A stretch of DNA of 64,000 nucleotides, taken from contig NC_057718.1 of assembly GCF_004010195.1 (NCBI RefSeq), positions 39,662,635-39,726,634 of the forward strand, read 5' to 3'. Position numbers and translations under genes: made by a program. Under the pieces are notes generated by a model. The model had not been told where the DNA came from. It did not search any database and saw only the letters and a program-made list of their open reading frames with translations. Below, piece after piece: positions 37,202-49,015 of this stretch. Position 1 is the stretch's first letter; every line of letters starts with the position of its first letter. Origin of the DNA: Chiloscyllium plagiosum. Taxonomy: Eukaryota.

Positions 37202-37689
37202 CTCAAAAGCAATCAGAATTAAGGTTCAGTGCAAATAGAGGAAACAAGATAACAAGTTAGAAATATGAAAAATAAAGAGGTTAAGAGAACCTGGACTTTC
37301 ATTAAATGACAGTGAAACAATTATACAACCTTAAAAACATACAGGATAAATAGTTCTGAATAAGGTCAAGTTACAGATGGTTTTGCTAGGAACAAAATGT
37401 TGTAAGCTCTTATTTTATAACTGAGTTCAAAATAAATACAGGAAAAAAAGCGGCAAGCAAAATTATATATCCAGCTTTTCAATTTAACACTAATTTGATA
37501 ATGTAACTAGGCAACTTAATCTTGGCTCTTGAGGGCTTAAAAACAAAATGACAAAGTAAAATACAATTTATTCCAAGAAACGAAATGCATTGTAAATACA
37601 AAAACAAACAATATTACTGTTCAGATGTTATTCTGAAACTTCTGTCAGGGTATTTACTGGTACTATATTATTGACAGTCAGATGTGAAT

Positions 37690-38025
37690 TATCCAGATAC
37701 CCAGCTAATGTCCAGGGACCCCGGTTTGAATCCCACCATGGCAGACGGTGGAATTTGAATTCAATAACTATCTGGTCTTTTCTTAATTAAGAGTGTGATG
37801 ATGACCATGAATCCATTGTTGATTGTTGGTAAATCCATCTGGTTCACTTATGTCCTACAGGGGAAGGTAATTGCTACCACTACCGGGTCTGGCCTACAAG
37901 TGACTCCAGCACCACTAATCCACAGCAGAATGCTTGACTCTTAACTGTCCTGGGCAATTAGGGATGGGCATTAAATGCTGGCTTGGCGAGCGACCCCCTC
38001 ATCCCATGTATGAACAAAAACAAAC
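37690..38025 (+). mobile_element. tRNA-derived SINE (older family)
   Basis: B-box-like GGTTTGAATCC at 37723; body 'ccatctggttcact...ggtctggcctaca.gtgactccag' recurs at 41170-41270. Confidence 0.7.
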
Positions 38026-41019
38026 TAGAAATCTGGAGTCAACTCAGTGTTATTTAATTCAGTGTAAGCACTGTAGACAGTAATCCCAGTACTTCAACTA
38101 ATTTTCCTTCTTAAATGTATGTCAAGAAAGTGCAGATTGACTGTTTTTCTCTGTGGTGCATTTCTGGAGCAGGATGACTACTAAAAATCAGAGACTACAC
38201 TACAAAACAACTCAATGAAGGTTTACATCTTGATACTTTTTTTGACAAAACTATTTCAATGGACTTTGAATTATACTTATGTGGCCCAAATACTTGGTCA
38301 TAGCGTTCAGTCTGAGGAAGGTTGAAAGCAGTGAAAATGAAAAAATAAAACGCAAAGGTGGGGACAGCAGAGGGTGCAAAGAGATATGCTCATTCACATT
38401 TTCTTAACCCAATTCTGTCACATCATACTGTAATTATGCCGTACATTTAATGGTAGTGTTTGGGGAAAAGGGTTGTTGAAAAAAGCAAAGCTGGATCATC
38501 TGACTGCCTTCATTTGCAGAGTTTTGTCTTTTGTGACAAAACAAAATACGCTCACATGAATGAGTTTTGAAATGAAAGAAAATCAAGTAATGTAGGATAA
38601 TTCAGAGGAAAGGATGGTGCCAACGGTCAGCACAGGCCCTGTCCTCCCCCAAGAAATAAAGACAAAAATAAGACAAGATATGGTTGTACAAACAGTTATT
38701 ACTCTGATTATTTTTGGCTTAAAATCAAAATATACATCTACTCTATCCCATTATAATTCTTATGCATTTGCTCGTGGAAGGGGGAGTGTCACCAGCAAGA
38801 CCAGCATTTACTACTTATCTCTCATTGTTCTCGAGGAGGTGGTGATGACCTACCTTCTTGAGCTGCTGCAGCCTGTGTAGTGTAGATACACCCACAGATT
38901 TTGGGTAGGGAGCTGCAGGATTTTCAACCAGCTATTATCTACTTATTCTCAAGAAAATGACCGCTTTTGGGAGGTCAACATATCAGATCCAGTTTATAAA
39001 TTATTCAGACATTGGTCGGCAAATGTCTCCGCTTCAGTTAGCGATTCAACTTTTATAAATAGCAGTTGGAAAATTTTCCATTTACAATTGAGGATACTCA
39101 TTGAAAATTCTGACATATTAAATAACCCCTTCCAGGAAATGTTTTAAATATCTAATCATCGAGACTGACTATAATTTCTCATCTTTCTGATTGGTTATGA
39201 CCTCCTCGTTGGAGCAAGCCTTTTGTTCAGTTATACTCAGAAAGTGCAAATTTCCTAAATGTGCCAAAGATAGTCCCAGAGAGTGAAGACCATTGCTCTG
39301 GTTCTAGATTTTGGGTGAAATCCAGTGGGACACTTACATCTGGTAGGTGCAGGTACCCATATCCCCATCACATCATTTAGGTTGAGAGAGTTTATAAACC
39401 CCTCTTGCTTGAAAGACTAACTATACTATTGACTGTTATAAAGCTACGGAAGGAATATTTATCTTGGCCTGTCAACTGGCAATCAGCCTGAGAACAATGA
39501 TGGAAGAATTCTAAAAGTGTGAACATATGGCAACACGCATACTTCCGACTTCTATTATCCTTTGAACAATGAACCATGAACATTTTACTTCGGGTAAAAG
39601 AAAATAATCAAAGTTTGCTGGTGTCTTTTGAGGACAAGCTGAAGGTTGATACATGAGAAGAAGTGTTGGTTGACACCTGAACAATTCTGACAAACATTGG
39701 TCATCCGCACTCTCAGCTCGCGTTAATGTCAGAATAAACTAGGATGCAAGAAGAAGTTTATTAGCAAAAAAAAAAGGGAAAGGGAAATATAATGCCACTC
39801 ACTTCAACCCTTAAATTGAAGCTTGTTCAAAAGGTCTTCCAATTATGCAAGTTTGACTACTGCATCCAGACTCACAAAACATTTGGATATTGTTTTTCAT
39901 TTTAAAACAACATTCCTTCTAAATCTGATCTTTTGACTGATAAATCTATGCATAGAACCATCCATTCTCAACCAAAGACTGAAATGGTTTATGGAAATAC
40001 AAAGGAATGATCATGAAAGGGCTAAAATGAAAGAACTCAAAATAGGCTAGGACACAGAAAAGAAGCTACAAAGTATTTTTGACCTGATACCACTCTCACA
40101 ATAAGGGGGTGATTCTGTTCTCTGTTGTTTGGAACCAACTTAGTCAAGGGGAAAATTACAACATCATAACATTCATAGTAAATAATGAAGTGAAATCACA
40201 GAATTCAGTCAACTGTGAAGCTATGTTATAATCTCCATCTATATTTTTACTGCATATTAAACAGGTTTTGAAAAGATTTGTAAATGTTTCAAATCTACCA
40301 TTTAGCAATACTCTTGTATATTTATTTCACTTAAATGACAAATAATAACATTATAAAAAGATGTACATCAAAATGTATCTATTTTCCTCAAAATGCTACT
40401 CTTCAATAAAATCATCTGAAAACACAGCATTAGTTTCCTTGTTGCTGATAATACCCAATTTTATTTCTCATGACCCTTCCCACTGTTGCAAAAGTATCAG
40501 ACTGATGGTATGACATCCAACATTGGGTGAGCAACAATTTATCATAATGTTGAGCAGAGTGAAACTACTGTCTCCAGTCCCACCACAAACTCTACTCAAT
40601 AACTACCAATTCCATCCCTTTCTCTGAAAATCCTAGGTTGATTGACACTTTTTGTAAATTGGTGTCATGTTTGACTCTGAGCTGAGTTTGCGATCAGAGA
40701 CATAACCCTGTGCCATCTCTGAAAATGCCTAATTGCACCTCTTGTAGCATGGTCAGAATCATCTGCTGCTGAAACCCTCATCATGCCTTTATTATCTCTA
40801 CATTTGGCTATTTTAATGCATTCCATTGCATAAGCATGTGCCTTCTAGGATTTAAAAAACTGGAAAATGTGATTCATGTAAAATGCCAACTATTCAAATC
40901 CCTGAAATCACCAATGATAGGCAAATAAAACATCATGCAACACAAGGTTCTAACCCTGCTCAGCAAGCACAAATTAAGGCACACTGAATAGATGCAAGCA
41001 ATATTTGGTAGAGACTCCA

Positions 41020-41395
41020 TGACAATGGTGTTGGTCTAGTGGGTATTACTGTCAGTCTATCAACACAGAAACTCGGCTAATAATCTGGGGGCCTGGGTGG
41101 AATCTGTAATTCAATAAAAAATATCTGGAATTAAGAATCCACCTACGATAGTGGTCAATTGTTGGGAAAAACCCATCTGGTTCATTAGTGTTCTTCAGGG
41201 AAGGAAATCTGCCATCCTTACCTGGTCTGGCCAACATGTAACTCCAGGCCCACAACAATGTGGTTAACTCTGAAATGGCCTAGCAAGCCACTCAATTGTA
41301 TCAATCACTATGAAGTCTCAACAAAGAAATGGATCACTTTGCATTGGCCCAGGCACCAGAATAGACAATGGCAAAAACAGCCCTGATGGCCCTGT
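41020..41395 (+). mobile_element. Second copy of the older tRNA-derived SINE
   Basis: Co-linear with 37700-37950. Confidence 0.65.
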
Positions 41396-43640
41396 CCTAT
41401 ATTGGGATTCAACTTCCTCATAATACGTGATAAAATTCTACTGGCCTCCTCAAATACATGCTGCCATGCTAGCCTTTTGCTTTGTATGCACCTGAACACC
41501 CAGATCCTTTCACATCTCAGAGCTCTGTAATCTCTCACCGTTTAGATAAAGTACTTTTAAAACATTTTCTGTCAAAATGGACAATTTCACATTTTCTTCC
41601 ATTTGCTAGATCTTTCTCCACTCACGTAATCTATATCCCTTTGTAACATTCTTATGCTCTCTCCACAACTTAATTTTGTATCTGTGTGTTATCAACAAAT
41701 TTTGCAACCATAGTTTCTGTCTCTTTATCGATATAAACTATAAGCAATCGAGGCATCAACACTGATTTCAGTAACACACTATTCAGTCAAAATCCTAAAA
41801 AGATCCATTTATATCTACATTCTACTTCCTGTTAGCTAGCTAAATTTTCTATCAAGTCAAATATGTTATACCTACATCATGAGATTCTGCAATAACCTTT
41901 GAAGGCACTTTGTCAAATGTCCCTGGAAACGTAGGTTCAATATATTCACTGGTTCCCTTTTAACTACATAACATGTTATTTCTTCAAAGTGGTACAATGA
42001 ATTAGTTAAACATGATTTCCCTTGGGCAAAACCATGTTGATACTGCCTGTTTACCTTCAACTTAGTAGTATTGGACAAGAATGAGAGATCAAAGTTTTGG
42101 GCTAATGGGTGGCAGATTTAAAACAGAGATGAAGAAGCCACTTCTCTCAAAGAAAGAATCTGGAATTCACCACCTCAGAGTGCGGTAGACAGTAGGATAC
42201 TGAAGAGATTTAAGGAAGAGATATATAGACTTTTCATTAGTGACAGGTTAAAGGGTTACACAGAGAGTGGATAGAAAGTAGAGTTGAGGCTAAGATGAGA
42301 TCAGGCATGATCATAACAAAAAGGCAGAGAACGATCGAGGGGCTGAATTACCTACTCCTGCTCTTAGTTCTTATCCAAATGTCTTGCTACGACCTTTTAA
42401 TAATTGCTTCTAACATTTTTCCTATGTCAGATGTTAAGTTAACTGGCCTAGTTAAGCTTTCTGTCTCCCCTCCCTTTGTGAATATGGAAGTTACATTTGC
42501 TATCTTTAAACCTTTTGGGACCTTGCCTGAATCTAGGGAGTTCTGGAAAAACTAGTAGCCAAAGTTCATACATGCAACACTGCTAGTTGCAAACTCATTG
42601 TTTGCATGTACATGTTTAAAGTTGTGTTAATTTTTTTCCCATTCTATTATAACAGATATACTCAAACAAGAACTGCAAGTATAAAATATTATATGGTTGA
42701 ATTAATTTTAAAAGTCTTTACATTACAGCCCAAAGTTTATGATACTTGTCAGAGCACAGTACTGAAGACACCAAGGACAGGATTTTGCATTTTGGGTTAG
42801 GGTACTCACATTGGGTCAAACACAGGCTTTAACTCCAATACTCTTGCTGGGAACAGTCAACAGAGTGTAACTTTATCTGAATTAGCTGGCAGCAATCAGC
42901 AGATGCCGTCATGGTTCCATGAGTGTACAGGGGCATGGAAGCTGCAAGGGTGATGAGAGGTCCTTCAGATTATAAGGAGCTGAATCCTGATGGTGCAGTT
43001 AAGGGAGAGGGGGCTGCCTTATCCTGAGGTGCCCTCTCAGATTCTGACAAAGTGAAGAAAATGGCCACTGCTCTGGGCAATCATTAGGAGGACAATTCCC
43101 TCCATAGGATTGGTTCATTCCAGTAAACCATCAAGTTAGCCTCAGAATCATGTACACATCACTCTAAAGGAAGGATGTGAATGTACCTGAGAGAATGTAG
43201 AAGAAGTTTTAAAACAGCAATTCCAGAATAAGAATTGAAGAAGTTGGGGCTGTTTTCCTTGGAGGGGGAAGGCAAAAAGGAGATTTGATAGAAGATTTTG
43301 TAATCATAAGGGGACTAATAGATGGGGACTAATGTTCTCTTATATAAAAGAATCAAATGCAAGAGACATAGATAAAAGTTAATTACAAAAGCAGCAAAAG
43401 TAATGTGAGGAAAAAAACTCTCTCAAATAGCAAGTAGTTAGGGTCTGGAAGGCACTGCCTGGAAATATGGTGAAGGCAGATTCAATTGAAGCATTCAAGA
43501 GAGCATGAGATGCTTATTTCAATAGAAACAGTGTCCAGGGTTATCAGGTAAAGGCAGGAGACTGCATTTAATCATAAGGTTCTTTCAGAGAGAAACAGGT
43601 ACAATGAACCAAACGGCTCCTATGCTGTAATGATTATGTG
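41395..43640. mobile_element. Cluster of old CR1 fragments on both strands
   Basis: Minus-strand QHGFAQGKSCLTN (ORF 41872-42078); plus-strand CR1 3' tails at about 42085-42370 and 43165-43640. Confidence 0.6.
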
Positions 43641-45028
43641 ATTCAGTTCCCATCTACATTTACAGCAGCATGTACACGGGCCAGTGTACTCTAGTAACCG
43701 ATGCCATTCCTCAGGATCACACTGGATGGTGAAGCAGGCTGAATGGTCTCATTCTGCTCCTATTTCTTATGTTCAAATAAACATTAACCATAAGCTTGAT
43801 CAAGACCTCCAACTAGAGGGGCATCACCGCCAGATATCTTCTTACTGGTTGCCTACAAGCATCAACTTGCTGGCAACTCTGGACAATTAATATCTTGATA
43901 ACTTAAAAGGTATCTGTAGTCTTCTTACTGCCATCCTAGTCATGATCACCCAATTCAGAATAAGGATCAAATCAAGGAACATTGTGGTTTGCGTGGATCA
44001 GCCATTGTGGCAGCTTTGTGAAAGTAGGCTAGAAAAGCCACCTTACATTTTAATGATCATATTATGAATTTTACAAAATTGATAAGTTTTCAATCAGCAC
44101 TGCCTTGGTTATTATGTGGCAGATTGGATGCTCCATTCCTTATTAAGCTTGCAAAGAGCAGGAGGTTTTACAATCAAAGGGTGATCTGCTCCACCAGATT
44201 ATCATCCAAATTCTAATCTGGAAAATTCATGGTTCCCTCAAATAATAAGGTTTCTGATGAAATAATGAATTTGAGCAGCCTTACTATCTGGACCATTCAA
44301 GATTATTAAAGCAGACTGTGCAATTTTATAATGACACGGAAATGCAAATGAGTGAGATGCTTTAGTTCCTGAAAGTTGAGAAGTAGAGGATACAAAAGCA
44401 AGCAAAAACTCAATGTCAGCTTGATGCAAAGCATTGGTTGGAGCTTTGTTTGAAGTTTTGGGTATTCCATTTTAGGAAGGCTATAAAGCAGAGGTAAACT
44501 CCAAATACAGGAAAATCATTTTAAAAATATAGATATGAAAATTCTGTGGGGGTTTGTCCATTAAAGTTCAGAAAGCTACAGAGATTGTGTTAGAAGAGTT
44601 GTGAGAAGGGAAATAGTAGTAGATATTTCACTTGAGAATGAAATGTTAACAGTAGCAACAAATATGAAAAGAAAACTGAAGCAGAGACCAGAAAAAAAAT
44701 TTTCTGCTGCTCAGTGTCTTCACCTGAATTTTTTTTATAGTAGTTACATGAATCAAAACAAATCTTCAATGAGAAGGAGAAACAAAATACCAATTCTTAT
44801 TCATCTCACTTACTCTCAAGTATAATGATAGATGAATTACCACAAGTCACCACTAAGGGAGCTATTGTTAACAGTTTATAACTAAGACAGTGAATCTGCT
44901 ATAAAATATTCTTTATGTAAATAAGAGAGGACATTGGGCTGTGGGGCGGGGAAAGTTAATACACTTTTTATTACTTCTACTCAAAACGCAAAAGATCATT
45001 GAACATTTAGAATCACTCAGTATCTTAC

Positions 45029-45289
45029 CTGCGGGCAAATTTGGACGTGATCTTGCTTATTATACCAGTGGAAGTTCCTCTTCGAGCTTGTGAGAGGGCA
45101 CCAGTATCATGTGACAACGTTGGTGAAGCTGGTGGTCCATTGTACGTGGCAGTTCGTCGTTCTCGTAACTGCCCACCGTGAAAAGTGCTTCGGCTGGAGC
45201 TTCCTCGAGGGAAGTGGGTTCGATCTGGAGTGGTAGTGCTAATACTGTGTGCAGAAGGAGAAGCAGCAGGGACCCTTTGGGCTGCAGTG
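45029..45289 (-). CDS. MARK1: MARK1 spacer-domain exon (261 nt)
   Basis: actcag acceptor, gtaag donor. Encodes [38 protein letters not shown]...[18 protein letters not shown], including the RSTFH aPKC-site motif of MARK kinases. Confidence 0.94.
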
Positions 45290-46108
45290 CTGAGTACAGA
45301 AACAAAAGTCGACACATAAATTGTAATTCATTATGAATTCCTAAAAGCTGCTCTCTCGGTTTCTGCAATGTGAGAAGAGTATATTGTTCAGGGTGTAGAT
45401 TTTAAACACATTCTTCAAGGTAAGGCAAAAAATGAGTACAACTTTGTTTTGATTAAATCTATGCAAACAGACAAATTTACAATGGAACCTAATAAGTGCA
45501 TGATATAGGGATTGTTGCTCAACTGAATTAAATAAAATTAAATTTCTTTCTATAATTAAAATACAAGAGTACAGAAAAGTAAAGCCTTAGTTGCATTAAC
45601 ATCAAGTGAGCTGAATTGAGGCAATAAATTTGTGTTTTTAACCTATTCTCAGTTCATCCCTTCCCACAACAAAAACATACTTATCTATGCACAAATATCT
45701 AGTCGCTTTCACTCAGATCATGTGCACAAATTGGAGAGATTTGCACAATTTCCCCCCAGTGAGAACAGCAAACTTTAGATGCTCCATAGCAGGAACTTTA
45801 TAAATGTACCAAATGTTTTGAAAAAAAATCTTCAGTTCAAATAAAATGTACTCCCAGCTGTAAATGTGAGTCTGGATCTGAATTTTCTTCATCAGTATAA
45901 TACCAATGAAGATTTTTGTTTTACATATTGCTTTCCACTTAACCTCAATTTGGAGGGCAAGAGACTTTAAGAATAAATGGTCTATGTTGTAAATCTCTGG
46001 TAAAGTAAAAGATGAAACAATGTGGGAGTGGAAGAATTGTGTCAGACAGGATTTTTCATCAGGACTTGGAAATTCTGAACTTCACACTCCATACTTGTAA
46101 ATACTTAC

Positions 46109-46285
46109 CTGGGCCGGTAACTTTCACTGCTGTCTTCAATGGAAGGGAGCGTGACCTTGATTGGATGCCCAGAGGCTGACATGGATTTCTGGTGTCGAGG
46201 TCGTGCTGATGGTACTCCAGATGACACTGCAGGGCTTGCGACAGATGTGGAAGTACTGCTTGCACAAGCAGACATTTCAGTTAGG
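46109..46285 (-). CDS. MARK1: MARK1 spacer-domain exon (177 nt)
   Basis: cataag acceptor, gtaagt donor. Encodes LTEMSACASSTSTSVASPAVSSGVPSARPRHQKSMSASGHPIKVTLPSIEDSSESYRP (MARK1 'ARPRHQKSMSTSGHPIKVTLP'). Confidence 0.92.
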
Positions 46286-49015
46286 CTTATGGGTCGAGGC
46301 AAAGAGAAAGATAGAAGCCAAAATGTAACACAAAATACCTGATCAAACAAAGTGGCTCTTTGTAATCAGGGCTCTTCACGTAATGTTTGGGTTTCACATA
46401 ATTGACATGACTACAATAATGGGCAGTGTGGTGCTGGAAAAGCACCGCATCGGAGGAGCGGGAAAATCGATGTTTCAGGCGAAAGCCCTTCATCAGGAAT
46501 GAGTCAGGGAGCCTCGGGGGTGGAAAAATAAATGGGAGGGGGTGGGGCTAGGGGAAGGTAGCGGAAAGTGCAATAGGTGGATGGAGGTGGGGTAAAGGTG
46601 ATAGGTTGCAGGAAGTGTGGAGTGGATAGGTGGGAAGCAAGATGGACAGGCAGGACAGGTCATGAGGCCGGTGCTAAGCTGGAAGGTTGGAACTGGGATA
46701 AGGTGGGGGAGGGGAAATAAGGAAACCTATGAAATCCACATTGATGCCATGGGGTTGGAGGGTCCTGAGGGGGAAAATGAGGCATTCTTCCTCCAGGCAT
46801 CGTGTGGTAAGGGAGTTCCGATGGAGGTGGCCCTGGACCTGCATGTCCTTGGTACAGTGGGAGGGGAAGTTGAAGTGTTTGATCACAGGGTGGTGGGACT
46901 GGTTGGTGCAGGTGTCCTGGAGATGTTCTCTAAAGCACTCTGCGAGTAGGCGCCCTGTCTCCCCAGTGTAGAGGAGACCACATCGGGAGCAACGTATGTA
47001 GTAAATGACATGTGTGGAAGTGCAGGTGAAACCTTGGAGGGCGTGAAAGGCTCCTTTGGGGCCTTGGACGGAGGTGAGAGGGGAAGGTGTGGGTGCAAGC
47101 TTTGCAATTCCTGCATTGGCAGGGGAAGGTGGGTTTTTGGGGGTTGTGGTCCTGACGAGGTAGTCATGAAGGGAATGATCTTTAAGGAAAGCAGATAGGG
47201 GTGAAGAGGGAAATATCTCTCTGGTGGTGGGGTCTGTTTGTAGATGGTGGAAATGGCAGAGGATGATGTGATGTATACAGAAAATGAGCACTAGGGGGGT
47301 TCTGTCCTTGTTGCAGTTGGAGGGGTGGAGTTCAAGGGTGGAGGTTTGGGAAGTGGAGGAGATGCGCTGGAGGGCATCATCAAATCCACCAACTTCCACA
47401 GCTACCTGAATTACACCTTCTCCCACCCTGCCTCCTGTAAAAATGCTAACACTAATTCCCAATTCCTTCACCTCCGCTGCATCTGCTCCCAGGAGGACCA
47501 ATTCCACAACAGAACACACCAGATGGCCTCCTCCTTTAAAGATTGCAATTTCCCCAGAAGATGTCAGTGTTGATTTGGTCATTGTTGATGGAGATGGAGC
47601 AGTCCAAGAAGGGCAGGGAGGTGTCTGAGATAGTCCAATTGAATTTAAGGTCGGGGTGGAATGTTGTTGGTGAAGTTGATGAACTATTCAACCTCCTCGT
47701 GGGGGCACTCAGTGGTGCTGATGCAGTCATCAATGTAGCGGAGGAAAAGGTGGGGAATGGTGCCCGTGTAACTGCGGAAGGTACACAGTTCCACGTCCCC
47801 GACAAAGAGACAGGCATAGCTGAGGCCCATACGGATGCCCATGGCCACCCCTTTTATTTGGAGGAAGTGGAAGGATTCAAAAGAGAAATTAATGAGGGTG
47901 AGGACAAGTTCAGCCAAACGAATTAAGAGTGTTAGTGGAAGGGTACTGGTGGGGATGTTAGGACAGGAAGAAACGGAGGGCTTGGAGGCCCTGGTCATGG
48001 CGGATGGCGGTGTACAGGGACTGGGATGTCCATGGTGAAGATGAGGCATTGGGGGCCAAGGAAATAAAGATCTTGGAGGAGGTAGAGGGTGTGGGTGGTG
48101 CTCCGAACGTATGTGGGGAGTTCCTGGACCGGAGGGATAGGACAGTATCGAGGTATTTGGAGATGAATTCGGTGAGTCAGGAGCAGGTTGAGATGAAGGG
48201 TCGGTCAGGGTAACCAGTCTTGTGGATATTGGGTAGGAGGTAGAACCAGGCAGAGCGGGGTTCCCGAACTTTCCATCAAGACTCTCGCCCACCTTCCGAG
48301 GACTCCTTCGCCTGCCTCCAACACACCACATCCACCTGATACCCTGTGCCGGTCTGTTACCCGCCCGCGACCTCTTTATTTCCAACTGCCGCCGTGATAT
48401 TGACCGCCTCAACCTGTCCACCCTACTCACCCACTCCAATCTCTCATCCTCTCAATGCGCAGCCCTCCACTCCCTCTGCTCCAATCCCAACCTCATCATC
48501 ACAAAGGGGGGGGTGCAGTGGTCGTTTGGCGCACTAACCTCTACACCACTGAAGCCAGGCGTGAACTTGAAGACAACTCCACCTACCGCCCCCTCGACCA
48601 CAACCTCACCTCCCATAACCAAACCATCTCCTAGACCGTACACAACCTCATCACCACAGGGGATCTCTCACCCACAGCTTCCAACCTCACAGTTCGGGAA
48701 CCGTGCATCGCCTGATTCTACCTCCTGCCCAAGATTTTTAGGCCTGTCTATACCAGCCAACCCATCGTCTCAGCCTGCTCTTGTCTCACCAAATTCATTT
48801 CCACCTACCTTGATACTGTGCTATCCCCCCGGTCCAGGAACGCTCCACATACGTTTGGGACACCACCCACACCCTCCACCTCCTCCAAGACTTTTGTTTC
48901 CCTGGCCCCCAACACCACACCTTCACCATGGACATCCAATTCTTAAAAACGTCCATCCGCCATGACAAGAGCCTCCAAGCCCTCCATTTCTTCCTCTCCC
49001 AAAGTCCCACCAGTC

